Source: Treponemataceae bacterium
GTDB lineage: Bacteria > Spirochaetota > Spirochaetia > Treponematales > Rectinemataceae
Assembly (NCBI GenBank): GCA_963667725.2
Contig: CAXXHO010000003.1
Span: 2,112,001 to 2,176,000, forward strand
DNA: 64,000 bases
Direction of reading: 5' to 3'
Shown one piece after another: positions 24,190 to 33,372 of this stretch. Positions within the stretch are counted from its first letter, which is position 1; every line of letters begins with the position of its first letter. The notes below the pieces were generated by a model. That model was not told the DNA's origin. It saw only the letters and a program-made list of their open reading frames with translations, and ran no database searches. The position numbers and the translations under genes were made by a program.

Positions 24190-25638
24190 TTACTTGCCAA
24201 GACAGAATGAGCCGAATATCCGGTCGAATACTTCCTCGCCGGCGATTTCGCCCGTGATTTCGCCCAGAAAATCCGCCGCTTCCCTGATCTCGAGGGCCGT
24301 GCCGTCGAGCGGCGCGCCGGCCTTGGCGCCCTCTTCGGCCCTGCCGATCGATTCAAGACAGCGGTCTATGAGACCTTTCTGCCGGGCGCTGGCGACGCGA
24401 ATCGACGACTCACGGGAACCTGAGGCCCCCTCCGTCCGCGATGAAGCGGTAAGGAGGCTTTCGATAGCCGCCTCCAGCCGATCCAGGTGATCGCCCTTCT
24501 TGGCGCTCAAACCCAGCCATCCCGGAGGAACCGGCAGGCAATCGGAAGCGTCCAGCTTATTCCATAATCTAAGGGCGTCCGGATGGAGGGCGATGAAATC
24601 CTCGTCCTCCGGCGTTAGTCCGGCTCTCCCGTCCACGAGATAGACAATGATGTCGGCCTTTCCGCTCAAATCGAGGCTTCGGCGGACGCCTTCGGCTTCG
24701 ATGCCTTCCTCGGCGAGGCGGAGGCCGGCCGTATCCACGAAGCGGACGGCATAGCCGCCCACTTCTATCCAGGCTTCCAGCCAGTCGCGCGTCGTTCCGG
24801 GTTCCGGGCTGACGATGGCGCGCTCCTCCCTCACTACCAGGTTGAAAAGGCTGGATTTGCCGGCGTTGGGCCGGCCGGCTACCACCACCAGCGCGCCTTC
24901 CTGCCTCAACCTTCCTCCTATATAGCTTCGCGACAACGCGACGAGGCGCTGTTCGCAGGCCGAGAGCCTTGCCATCCAGGGGAGGGTTTCTTCATCGAGG
25001 GCATCGAGGCTCTCAAGGCCCTCGGGGTCTTTGAGGCCTTTTCGGCCTTTGCTATCTTCGTCGGCGCCCTCTTCGGCGGGATAGTCAAGGTGGGCCTCAA
25101 CGACGGCCAAGAGGTCCAGCATTTCGTTGCGCAGCGCCGAAAACTCTTTGGAAAGGACGCCGCTCAGGCGCAGGAGGGCATCTTCCCTGGCGGATTCGCA
25201 TTGCGCTCCCGCCAGCTCGTTGATCGCTTCGGCCTTGACGAGGTCGGTCTTGCCGTTGATGAAGGCCCGGAAGCTGAATTCCCCGGGCAGGGCGGGAGCG
25301 AAGCCTGCCTTCTCCAGCGCGGCGAGCGCGCGGCTCGTTACCGCCGCCGACCCATGGCAGGAAATTTCCACGGAGTCTTCGCCCGTGAAGGACCGGGGAG
25401 CCCGGAAGACGGCGGCCACGACTTCGTCGACGCGCTCGCCGCTGCCGGGGTCGATCAGGAAACCATGGCGCATCGAGTAGCCGGGCGCAGACTCAAGATC
25501 CTGACCCGCGGAAAAGCACCGGGCGCAGAGTTCGATAGCCTTCGCTCCGGAAGCGCGGATGACGGCCAGGGCCGAGCGCCCCGGCGGCGTAGCGAGGGCG
25601 ACTATCGGACGCCCCGTATCAAGGTATGTTCTTGCCAT
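24190..25638 (-). CDS. mnmE: tRNA modification GTPase MnmE
   Basis: GRPNAGKSSLFN, PGTTRD, DTAGLR, NKLD, C-terminal FCLGK. Confidence 0.97.
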   Translation of the reverse strand: MARTYLDTGRPIVALATPPGRSALAVIRASGAKAIELCARCFSAGQDLESAPGYSMRHGFLIDPGSGERVDEVVAAVFRAPRSFTGEDSVEISCHGSAAVTSRALAALEKAGFAPALPGEFSFRAFINGKTDLVKAEAINELAGAQCESAREDALLRLSGVLSKEFSALRNEMLDLLAVVEAHLDYPAEEGADEDSKGRKGLKDPEGLESLDALDEETLPWMARLSACEQRLVALSRSYIGGRLRQEGALVVVAGRPNAGKSSLFNLVVREERAIVSPEPGTTRDWLEAWIEVGGYAVRFVDTAGLRLAEEGIEAEGVRRSLDLSGKADIIVYLVDGRAGLTPEDEDFIALHPDALRLWNKLDASDCLPVPPGWLGLSAKKGDHLDRLEAAIESLLTASSRTEGASGSRESSIRVASARQKGLIDRCLESIGRAEEGAKAGAPLDGTALEIREAADFLGEITGEIAGEEVFDRIFGSFCLGK

Positions 25639-25707
25639 ATGAGAAAAAGAACGATAGCGAGAATGGGAGGCCGCATCAAGCCCGCTCGCGCCCCGCCATC
25701 CATAATT

Positions 25708-26493
25708 CTACATCGATTTCCAGAAGCGGTAGAACTTGCGCTCCACCTCATCCAGGTTGAGCAGGGGATAGTATCTGTATTTGCCTTCGCCAGCGAACAT
25801 GAAGCCGTCCTTGAGCACCTTGTACGAGATTCTGTCGATGGGGCAGTCGAGGGATAAGCCCTTCACGAATTTCCCCGGCGTGGTCCGCACTTCCTGCACG
25901 GCGCTGTGGAGCCTGGCCGGATGAATCCCCGGAACAAAGCCCCTGATAAGCGGATTTTCCTCATAATCCCTCATGAAGTCCTCAGTGTTGAATTCCAGCT
26001 GGGCGAAGAACATCTTGGGCGCCCCCTTGGAATTGTGGGGATCGGTGATGAAGCGTCCGAATTCGCGAAAATCATATTTGGTGAGCACGATGAATTTGAC
26101 GGGATTGATCTCCAGCATGATGCGGAACTCTTCGGGATCGTTCTCGGGGTTGAATTCAGCGCTTTTCAGCTCGACGTAATCCCCCATCGAATTGCAGAGA
26201 TAGAGACTGCCGAGGGCATCGAAATCCAAGTGCTCGAGGACACGGTAGCTTTTGATGAACTTCGTGGCCTTGGGTCTTCCGTCCTCATGGGGGATTAGCT
26301 CGGCGTAAGCTCCGTCGATATCGAAATAAGCGTTCCTGAAAGCGGGATCGACTTCGACGAAAATGAGCCTTCCCTCGAAATAGCGCGTCGACCCCTGAAC
26401 ATAGTGCCGTATGAAATGCTCTGGATCCATCTGCGAGGCGATGAGGGAATGATTGGGATGCAGGATCAGGTATAGATGCTTGTCGTCGGACAT
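25708..26493 (-). CDS. Conserved hypothetical protein with an internal duplication
   Basis: ORF with GGAGG ribosome-binding site before ATG 26493; typical codon usage. Confidence 0.8.
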   Translation of the reverse strand: MSDDKHLYLILHPNHSLIASQMDPEHFIRHYVQGSTRYFEGRLIFVEVDPAFRNAYFDIDGAYAELIPHEDGRPKATKFIKSYRVLEHLDFDALGSLYLCNSMGDYVELKSAEFNPENDPEEFRIMLEINPVKFIVLTKYDFREFGRFITDPHNSKGAPKMFFAQLEFNTEDFMRDYEENPLIRGFVPGIHPARLHSAVQEVRTTPGKFVKGLSLDCPIDRISYKVLKDGFMFAGEGKYRYYPLLNLDEVERKFYRFWKSM

Positions 26494-26560
26494 GTTTACC
26501 TCCAGATTACGTGCCATAAAGATCGCCGTCGGAGCTTTCCGGGAATTATTTCCGGAAATT

Positions 26561-26598
26561 TCCGCATAATCATTGCATAATACGTATAATTATTCACT
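26561..26598. promoter_or_regulatory. Tandem ARG-box-like operator upstream of the arg operon
   Basis: CGCATAATCATTGC at 26563 and CGTATAATTATTCA at 26583 resemble TGnATwwwwATnCA, 20 bp apart; TTGACA at 26605-26610. Confidence 0.55.
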
Positions 26599-26660
26599 AC
26601 CCAGTTGACATACTTTCTCATTTATATTTTATTACTTCTATTCCATTCTGGGAGGAGCAT

Positions 26661-26750
26661 ATGAAACGCTCTTATCCTGTCTACCTTCCAACACTTCTCA
26701 CTTTCGGGTTTGAGCCGCGCACACCGCGACTCTACTCCGTTCGTAGGTAA
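26661..26750 (+). CDS. Putative arg operon leader peptide, 29 aa: MKRSYPVYLPTLLTFGFEPRTPRLYSVRR
   Basis: GGAGGAG ribosome-binding site then ATG; five Arg codons, four in the last 10 codons (CGC, CGA, CGT, AGG). Confidence 0.6.
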   Translation: MKRSYPVYLPTLLTFGFEPRTPRLYSVRR

Positions 26751-26882
26751 GGCGTCGACCGCCACCTCCCACAACCACAGACATTATTAGCTCGACCTTC
26801 ATTTTTTTGAGGGTTATTATCCATAGTGAAAGCCTGGGGGTATTGTTCCCTCGGGAGTTCAGCCCCATCCAGGAGGATTTGG

Positions 26883-27941
26883 ATGATTCAGATAGGCATT
26901 CTTGGCGCTTCCGGCTATGCCGGGGCGGAACTGGCCAGGATACTGCTCGCCCACCCGGAACCCAAGCAGCTCCACCTCTCCTCCGTCAGTTTCGAAGGCA
27001 AGGCGCTCAGTTCAGTGTATCCCTCTTTCAACAGTCCCGATCAAACGGGCTATGGCAATCCGCCGATGATGCTCGAAAGCGCCGAGACAGTGATTGAAGC
27101 CTCCGACATTCTCTTTTCCTGCCTGCCCCACGGCTTCGCCGAGTCAGCGGCCGAACGATGCCTGGCTAAAGGCGGACTTTTCATCGACATTTCGGCCGAC
27201 TTTCGTTTTGGCGATGACGAAGCCACCTATACAGCGTGGTACGGAAAGAGCTACGCGCGGCCGGAGCTCCACGCCAAGGCTGTCTACGGGCTGCCCGAAC
27301 TCAACAGGGAAAAAATCCGCAAGGCACGCCTCATAGGCAATCCCGGATGCTATCCCACCACGGCCGAACTCGGCCTCTATCCGGCGCTCTCGGCCGGGAT
27401 CGCGGACTCGGGCAGCATCATCATAGATTCGGCATCGGGCCTCACCGGGGCAGGCCGCGAACCTAGCCAGACGACGCACTATGTCGATTGCGTCGACGCG
27501 ATTTCTCCCTATAAGGTGGGCGCCCATCGGCATCAGCCCGAAATTGACCGTTATCTTTCGATTATGGCCGGCGAGGCGGTTTCCTCCGTCTTCACCCCCC
27601 ATCTGGCGCCCATGAACAGGGGCATCGTCAGCACGATCTATTTCAGCCTGAAAAAAGCCATGGACGCGAAGGGCCTGCGCGATCTCTACGCGTCGTTCTA
27701 CTCGAAGGAACCTTTCGTACGGGTGCTCGCCCTTGGCGCGACCGCCAGCAACAGGAACGTGAAACTCTCGAACTATTGCGACATTTCCGTCCATCTCTCC
27801 TCGAACGGCAGGACGGGAATCGTCGTTTCGACGATCGACAATATGGTGAAGGGCGCGGCTGGCCAAGCCGTGCAGAACATGAATCTCGCCCTCGGTTTCG
27901 AAGAGACCGCAGGGCTCAGGATGGTTCCTCCGGCTTTCTAG
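26883..27941 (+). CDS. argC: N-acetyl-gamma-glutamyl-phosphate reductase
   Basis: GASGYAGAEL, GNPGCYPT, IDNMVKGAAGQAVQNMN. Confidence 0.95.
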   Translation: MIQIGILGASGYAGAELARILLAHPEPKQLHLSSVSFEGKALSSVYPSFNSPDQTGYGNPPMMLESAETVIEASDILFSCLPHGFAESAAERCLAKGGLFIDISADFRFGDDEATYTAWYGKSYARPELHAKAVYGLPELNREKIRKARLIGNPGCYPTTAELGLYPALSAGIADSGSIIIDSASGLTGAGREPSQTTHYVDCVDAISPYKVGAHRHQPEIDRYLSIMAGEAVSSVFTPHLAPMNRGIVSTIYFSLKKAMDAKGLRDLYASFYSKEPFVRVLALGATASNRNVKLSNYCDISVHLSSNGRTGIVVSTIDNMVKGAAGQAVQNMNLALGFEETAGLRMVPPAF

Positions 27942-28003
27942 GGCGGCGGAATTAAAATGATGTTTCTGCCGCGCCGGCGCGCGGCATAAAAGCGAGGTTG
28001 AGC

Positions 28004-29221
28004 ATGATACAAATTCGCGGCGGTGTTACCGCGGCTAAGGGTTTTACGGCATCCGGTGTCCATGTAGGCATCCGGAAAAACAAGGAAAAGAAAGATCTGG
28101 CTTTGGTCTGGTCTGAAAAGCCCTGCAGCGCCGCTGCGGCGTACACGACGAACCAGGTGAAGGGCCAGCCCCTCCTCGTCACGATGGAGCATCTCGCGGA
28201 CGGCAAGGCCCAGGCCATCATCGTCAATTCCGGCAACGCGAACACCTGCACCGGCGACGCGGGCATCGCCGCGGCGAAGCGGATGGCGGTCCTCGTGGCC
28301 GAACGCCTCCCTGTTTCGGCCAGCGACGTGGTTGTCGCCTCCACGGGCGTGATCGGCCAGCAGCTGGACGTGGGCATTATCGAAGCCGGAATGGAACAGC
28401 TGGTGGCGGGGCTTTCCAAGACAGGCAACATAGACGCGCGCGAAGCCATCATGACCACCGATACGGTTAAGAAGGAATTGGCCGTCCAGTTCGAGATCGG
28501 CGAGCAGACGGTGACGATAGGCGCCATGGCCAAGGGTTCGGGGATGATCCACCCCAACATGGCGACGATGCTTTCTTTCATAACGACGGACTGCGCCATC
28601 AGCCCGGCCATGCTCCAGAAAGCGATCTCCCTTTCCGTCACGAAGACTTACAACCGCGTAAGCGTGGACGGCGACACCTCGACCAATGACATGGTGGTCG
28701 TCCTGGCCAATGGAATGGCCGGCAACGCCTTCATCGAAACGGAAGGCGCCGATTACCGATCTTTCTACGAAGGCCTCAACTGGCTCAACACCCAGCTCGC
28801 GCGCATGATAGCCCGCGACGGCGAGGGCGCCACGAAGCTCATCGAGTGCACCATCGAGAGCGCCGCGGACGAAGCCAAGGCCGAAGAGCTCGCGAAGGGC
28901 GTCATCTGCTCCAGCCTCGTCAAGACGGCCATCTTCGGCGCCGACGCGAACTGGGGAAGAATTCTCTGCGCACTGGGCTATACGCGCAAGGATTTCGACC
29001 CCAACAAGGTAGACATCGCCTTCGAGAGCGCTTCGGGCTACATCGAGGTGTGCAAGAACGGCGCGCCCCTTCCCTTCAACGAGGAAAAGGCCAAGAAAAT
29101 CCTCAGCTACCAGGAAGTGACCATCTATGTCACGATGAATGAGGGCGAGGCGCAGGCCACGGCCTGGGGTTGCGACCTCACCTATGAATATGTGAGGATA
29201 AACGGAGACTACCGGACCTGA
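28004..29221 (+). CDS. argJ: Bifunctional ornithine acetyltransferase / N-acetylglutamate synthase
   Basis: NSGNANTCTG, KGSGMIHPNMATML autocleavage site, DGEGATK, NGDYRT. Confidence 0.97.
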   Translation: MIQIRGGVTAAKGFTASGVHVGIRKNKEKKDLALVWSEKPCSAAAAYTTNQVKGQPLLVTMEHLADGKAQAIIVNSGNANTCTGDAGIAAAKRMAVLVAERLPVSASDVVVASTGVIGQQLDVGIIEAGMEQLVAGLSKTGNIDAREAIMTTDTVKKELAVQFEIGEQTVTIGAMAKGSGMIHPNMATMLSFITTDCAISPAMLQKAISLSVTKTYNRVSVDGDTSTNDMVVVLANGMAGNAFIETEGADYRSFYEGLNWLNTQLARMIARDGEGATKLIECTIESAADEAKAEELAKGVICSSLVKTAIFGADANWGRILCALGYTRKDFDPNKVDIAFESASGYIEVCKNGAPLPFNEEKAKKILSYQEVTIYVTMNEGEAQATAWGCDLTYEYVRINGDYRT

Positions 29222-29304
29222 TCCGGAATTAGCCGCAAGTCGGCTATTAACGGTCAGCGGGCAACAGTCAGCGAAAGAACACCCAGGAAAGGGGGAGTGC
29301 GTAT

Positions 29305-30168
29305 ATGATCAACGATAATGTCAGGGTCGATATTCTGATCCAGGCGATGCCCTATTTCAAATCCTTCGCGGGAAAGATTGTCGTCGTGAAGTATGGCGGC
29401 GCCGCGATGATCAACGAGGGCGTCCGCGCGGCCGTCCTCCAGGATCTCATCCTCATGCAGCAGGTCGGCATAAAGCCGGTGCTCGTCCACGGGGGCGGAC
29501 CGGAGATCGACCGCATGCTTAAGAAACTCGGCAAGGAAAGAGTCTTCATCGATGGAATCCGCTATACCGACGATGAAACCATGGAGATCGTCCAGATGGT
29601 CCTGGCCGGCAAGGTGAACAAGGACCTTGTTGCCCACATCGAGCGCCAGGGCGGCTCCGCGATAGGCATCTGCGGCGGCGACGGAGGGCTTTTCCGCGCT
29701 AATCGCCTGCAGAAGAACGGCGTGGACCTCGGCATGGTCGGCGAAATCTCCTCGGTGCGGCCGGACATCGTCCGCCACGCGCTGGACGCGGGGTACATCC
29801 CCGTCGTATCCACCATCGCGCTCAGGCCGAACGACGAAACCGGCTACTACAACATCAACGCCGACACGGCCGCCGCCGAACTCGCCGGCGCCCTCGGCGC
29901 CGAAAAACTCATTCTTCTCACCGACGTGCCCGGCCTCCTGAAGGACGTGGCCGACATGGCCACCCTCATCTCCGTGCTCAAGCGCGAGGACGTTCCCGCC
30001 CTCATAGCGCAGAAGATAGTATCAGGCGGCATGATTCCCAAGGTGGAATGCTGCGTGCAGGCTCTTTCACTGGGTGTCAAAACGACACATATTCTGGACG
30101 GCCGGTCGCCGCACTCGCTCCTCATCGAGCTCTTCAGCGACAGAGGCATGGGGACGATGATCGTATGA
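29305..30168 (+). CDS. argB: Acetylglutamate kinase
   Basis: VVKYGGAAM, VHGGGPEI, NINADTAA, GGMIPKV. Confidence 0.97.
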   Translation: MINDNVRVDILIQAMPYFKSFAGKIVVVKYGGAAMINEGVRAAVLQDLILMQQVGIKPVLVHGGGPEIDRMLKKLGKERVFIDGIRYTDDETMEIVQMVLAGKVNKDLVAHIERQGGSAIGICGGDGGLFRANRLQKNGVDLGMVGEISSVRPDIVRHALDAGYIPVVSTIALRPNDETGYYNINADTAAAELAGALGAEKLILLTDVPGLLKDVADMATLISVLKREDVPALIAQKIVSGGMIPKVECCVQALSLGVKTTHILDGRSPHSLLIELFSDRGMGTMIV

Positions 30169-31334
30169 ACGACAAAACAATGAATACGTACAAGAGGACC
30201 GGCCTGGTCCTGGACCATGGAAAGGGCGCCACTCTCTATACGAATGATGGCGCCGAATACATCGATTTCACGGCGGGAATTGGCGTCAACTCGCTCGGGC
30301 ACGGGCATCCGAAGCTCGTGAAGGCAATAGCCGACCAGGCCGCCCGCCTCATCCACGTATCGAACTATTTCATGACCGACGTTTCCACGCGCCTGTCCGA
30401 AAGACTGGCCGACATGGCCGGCATGGACAAAGTCTTCTTCTGCAACTCGGGCGCCGAGGCCAACGAAGGCCTCATCAAGATAGCGCGCAAATACGGATCG
30501 GCAAAAAACCCCGACAAGAACCTCATCGTCACGCTCAAAGGTTCTTTCCACGGCAGGACGGTCACCACCGTGACGGCCACGGGCCAGGACAAGTTCCATC
30601 AGTTCTTCGGTCCCTTCACGCCCGGTTTCATCTATGTCGAAGCGAACAACATAGCCGCGCTCGACGCCGCGCTAACCGAAAACGTCTGCGCCTTCCTTTT
30701 CGAGCCCATCCAGGGCGAAGGCGGCGTCAACCCACTCAATGCCGACTACCTGAAAGCCGCCGAGGCGCTCTGCGGGAAAAGGGATATCCTTTTCGTCGCC
30801 GATGAAGTGCAGACGGGCATAGGCAGAACGGGCGCCTTCCTGGCCTTCCAGAAAATGGGAATCCACCCCGACATGGTCGGCGTCGCGAAAGGGCTCGCGG
30901 GCGGCGTTCCCGTGGGAGCCGTGCTGGCCAAAGGGCCCAGCGCCGACGTGCTCCAGCCCGGCGATCACGGCACGACCTTCGGGGGAAACCCCCTGGCCGC
31001 AGCGGCCGCCAATGTCGTTCTCGATGAGCTTTCCGCGCCGGGATTCATGGCCGAAGTGGAAAGAAAAGGCGAAAAGATCAGGTCGACGGTGCGTTCCTGG
31101 AAGAACCCCCTTGTCAAGGAAGTGCGCGGCATGGGTCTCATGATTGGCATCGGCGTTTCGGTTCCCCCTGGGGATGTCGTCGCCGCCTGCCGCGCCGACA
31201 GACTCCTCATTCTCACCGCCGGCGACGACACGCTCAGGCTCCTGCCTCCCCTCGTCATCAGCGATGCCGAAATCGATCGCGGTCTCGAGATTCTCAAGGC
31301 GACGCTCGACGGGATGGCGAAGGCAAAAGCATGA
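30165..31334 (+). CDS. argD: Acetylornithine aminotransferase
   Basis: NSGAEANE, SFHGRT, EPIQGEGG, DEVQTG, AKGLAGG; ATGA overlap with argB. Confidence 0.95.
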   Translation: MNDKTMNTYKRTGLVLDHGKGATLYTNDGAEYIDFTAGIGVNSLGHGHPKLVKAIADQAARLIHVSNYFMTDVSTRLSERLADMAGMDKVFFCNSGAEANEGLIKIARKYGSAKNPDKNLIVTLKGSFHGRTVTTVTATGQDKFHQFFGPFTPGFIYVEANNIAALDAALTENVCAFLFEPIQGEGGVNPLNADYLKAAEALCGKRDILFVADEVQTGIGRTGAFLAFQKMGIHPDMVGVAKGLAGGVPVGAVLAKGPSADVLQPGDHGTTFGGNPLAAAAANVVLDELSAPGFMAEVERKGEKIRSTVRSWKNPLVKEVRGMGLMIGIGVSVPPGDVVAACRADRLLILTAGDDTLRLLPPLVISDAEIDRGLEILKATLDGMAKAKA

Positions 31335-32452
31335 AAGATATTTTCCGCCAGCGACGCGAAAAGGTCGCCCAAGCCTTGAAAAGCCGCGGCATCGCCGCCG
31401 CCCGCTTCGAGGATTTCGAACATATTCGGAGCCCGGCGGTACGCTATCTCTGCGGACAGCCCGACGACGCTTTCCTCGTCATCGGGGCGGACGGCGCCTC
31501 AGCTCTCGTGGCATGGGACCGCAACATGGCCGAAAAGATGGCCCATGTCGACAAGATCTTCGCGTATACGGATTTCGGGCGACGATCGGCCTCGGCCATG
31601 CGTTTCGTGCTCGCCGAGCTGGGCGTACCCGCCGGCCAGAAGGTCGAACTGCCCGCGGCGACATCCTATCCATCCTTCGTTGACCATGTCGGAGCCCTCG
31701 ACGAATGGGACCTCCTCTGCGAAGAAGGCGGAATAGATTCGACCCTGTCCGAAATGCGTTCGGTCAAGGACGAAGGGGAGCTCGCCATCTACGAAAGGGC
31801 ATCGGCCCTCACCGACCGTCTCATCGACATGATTGAGGAAGGCGTGAAGAAGGGAAGGCTCGCCACCGAACTCGACGTCGCCCTCTTCATCGAAAAGGAA
31901 GCCAGAGGCGCCGGAGCCGAGGGCACGGGCTTCGACACGCTCGCGGCAGGACCTGGACGCAGTTTCGGCATTCACGCCTTCCCTAATTACGGCGCTGGCC
32001 CCTTCGGAACGAAAGGCTTCTCGATTCTCGATTTCGGCATCGTCATAGACGGCTACACGACAGACGTCACGATGAGTTTCGTGCGCGGCCCCTTCTCCAA
32101 GGAACAGGACCTGATGATCCAGCTGGTCAAGGGAGCCTACGAAAAAGGCGTCGCCGGATGCGCGCCCGGCGCCTCGGCCCGCGGCATAGCCCTCGCCGTC
32201 GACGAATATTTCTCCGCGGTCGGATTTTCCATGCCGCACGCCCTTGGCCACAGCATAGGATTGGAAGCCCACGAAACGCCCGGCATCAACGTAAGGGAAG
32301 AAAACACGGCGATCCTGAAGCCGGGCAACATCGTCACCATAGAGCCCGGCCTCTACCACCCCGAATTCGGCGGCCTCAGGCTGGAAAACGATGTGCTTAT
32401 TACGGAAACCGGCCACAAGGTGCTCACGTCTTCGAGGATCGTGGAACTGTAA
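31331..32452 (+). CDS. M24 family Xaa-Pro aminopeptidase/prolidase
   Basis: Metal ligands in ILDFG..DGYTTD, HALGHSIG, TIEPG, RLEND. Confidence 0.9.
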   Translation: MKDIFRQRREKVAQALKSRGIAAARFEDFEHIRSPAVRYLCGQPDDAFLVIGADGASALVAWDRNMAEKMAHVDKIFAYTDFGRRSASAMRFVLAELGVPAGQKVELPAATSYPSFVDHVGALDEWDLLCEEGGIDSTLSEMRSVKDEGELAIYERASALTDRLIDMIEEGVKKGRLATELDVALFIEKEARGAGAEGTGFDTLAAGPGRSFGIHAFPNYGAGPFGTKGFSILDFGIVIDGYTTDVTMSFVRGPFSKEQDLMIQLVKGAYEKGVAGCAPGASARGIALAVDEYFSAVGFSMPHALGHSIGLEAHETPGINVREENTAILKPGNIVTIEPGLYHPEFGGLRLENDVLITETGHKVLTSSRIVEL

Positions 32453-32466
32453 CCAAGGCTCTCGGC

Positions 32467-32557
32467 GGCGCCCGGGGCGCCCTTACGCGGCCCCGGGCGC
32501 CTTATACGTAGCCTGCCTGCGTTGCCCTGAGCGCCCGCGGCGCAACGCAGGCAGGCG
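32467..32557. terminator. Two GC-rich hairpins between convergent genes
   Basis: GGCGCCCGGGGC..GCCCCGGGCGCC and GCCTGCCTGCGTTGC..GCAACGCAGGCAGGC. Confidence 0.55.
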
Positions 32558-32600
32558 CTCCGGCCGAGCCTCCGGCCGAGCCTCCGGCCGAGCCTCCGGC
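32558..32600. repeat. 12-bp tandem repeat (CTCCGGCCGAGC), about 3.5 copies
   Basis: Read directly from the sequence. Confidence 0.85.
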
Positions 32601-33230
32601 TCAGGCCTTTTTTTCTTTCTTAAGCGCGGCCTTTTCTCTTTTCGCCTTCGCCTTGTCTTCCTTCTCCGTCACGCCCTTTTCCGGGTTCGCGAAAGCCAGA
32701 AGCGTCTCGGCCGCGTAACTTCTGACGCTAGCGTCGACCGCAAGTTCCAGAGCCAAAGCGCGCAAGGTCTTCGCGTCCACGCTCGTATCGGCGTCGGTCG
32801 CGGCCTTGAGGGCCGAACTCACCTGCGCGGCCGTCTCCCCTACCGAATGCTCCATCCCGCGCCTGAAACGTCCATAGAACTCCTCAATTTCGACGGCATC
32901 GCCGATCTTCCCTATGAGGGCGCCCATATCCTGGACCGACAGCACCCTTTTCAGCGTAAAAACCGTCAAAAGCAAGGCTATATGCTCCTGGCCGTATTTC
33001 TTGCCCTCGGTACGCGGCACGATCTTGGCCTTGGCGTAATTATTTATCATCGATGGAGTTATCAGCCCGTCTTCATTCGTCTTCACGAAGACGCCAAGCT
33101 GGCGTTCTAGATACGTGACTACCTGGTCCATGTAAAGCCCGATGTCGGGAAGCGATTCCCATTCGGCCGGAGCCTTCCGCGAAAGCGCACTGAAATATTG
33201 GCCTATTGCCTCGACGTTCATATCATCCAT
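32601..33230 (-). CDS. DUF1836 domain-containing protein (putative DNA-binding regulator)
   Basis: WESLPDIGLYMDQV, ITPSMINNYAK, KKYGQEHI. Confidence 0.85.
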   Translation of the reverse strand: MDDMNVEAIGQYFSALSRKAPAEWESLPDIGLYMDQVVTYLERQLGVFVKTNEDGLITPSMINNYAKAKIVPRTEGKKYGQEHIALLLTVFTLKRVLSVQDMGALIGKIGDAVEIEEFYGRFRRGMEHSVGETAAQVSSALKAATDADTSVDAKTLRALALELAVDASVRSYAAETLLAFANPEKGVTEKEDKAKAKREKAALKKEKKA

Positions 33231-33284
33231 GCGAAGAACGATAGCATATGGTTATCAATACTACAATATATGGCTTCCCGGACG

Positions 33285-33313
33285 TTGACGACTCCGATAT
33301 CATGTTATATTAT
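33285..33313 (+). promoter_or_regulatory. Sigma70 promoter for the SGNH hydrolase
   Basis: TTGACG-N17-TATTAT. Confidence 0.65.
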
Positions 33314-33372
33314 TATTACTACTGTGTTACGTGATATATAATATTAGATCACACGATATCGGAGGCTTTGAT

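Noticed and set aside
26817..26825. Single DnaA-like box TTATCCATA in the arg leader
   Set aside because: An isolated one-mismatch hit, expected by chance.
26640..26882. T-box riboswitch upstream of argC
   Set aside because: No GGTGGNACCGCG-type T-box motif or terminator/antiterminator pair was found.
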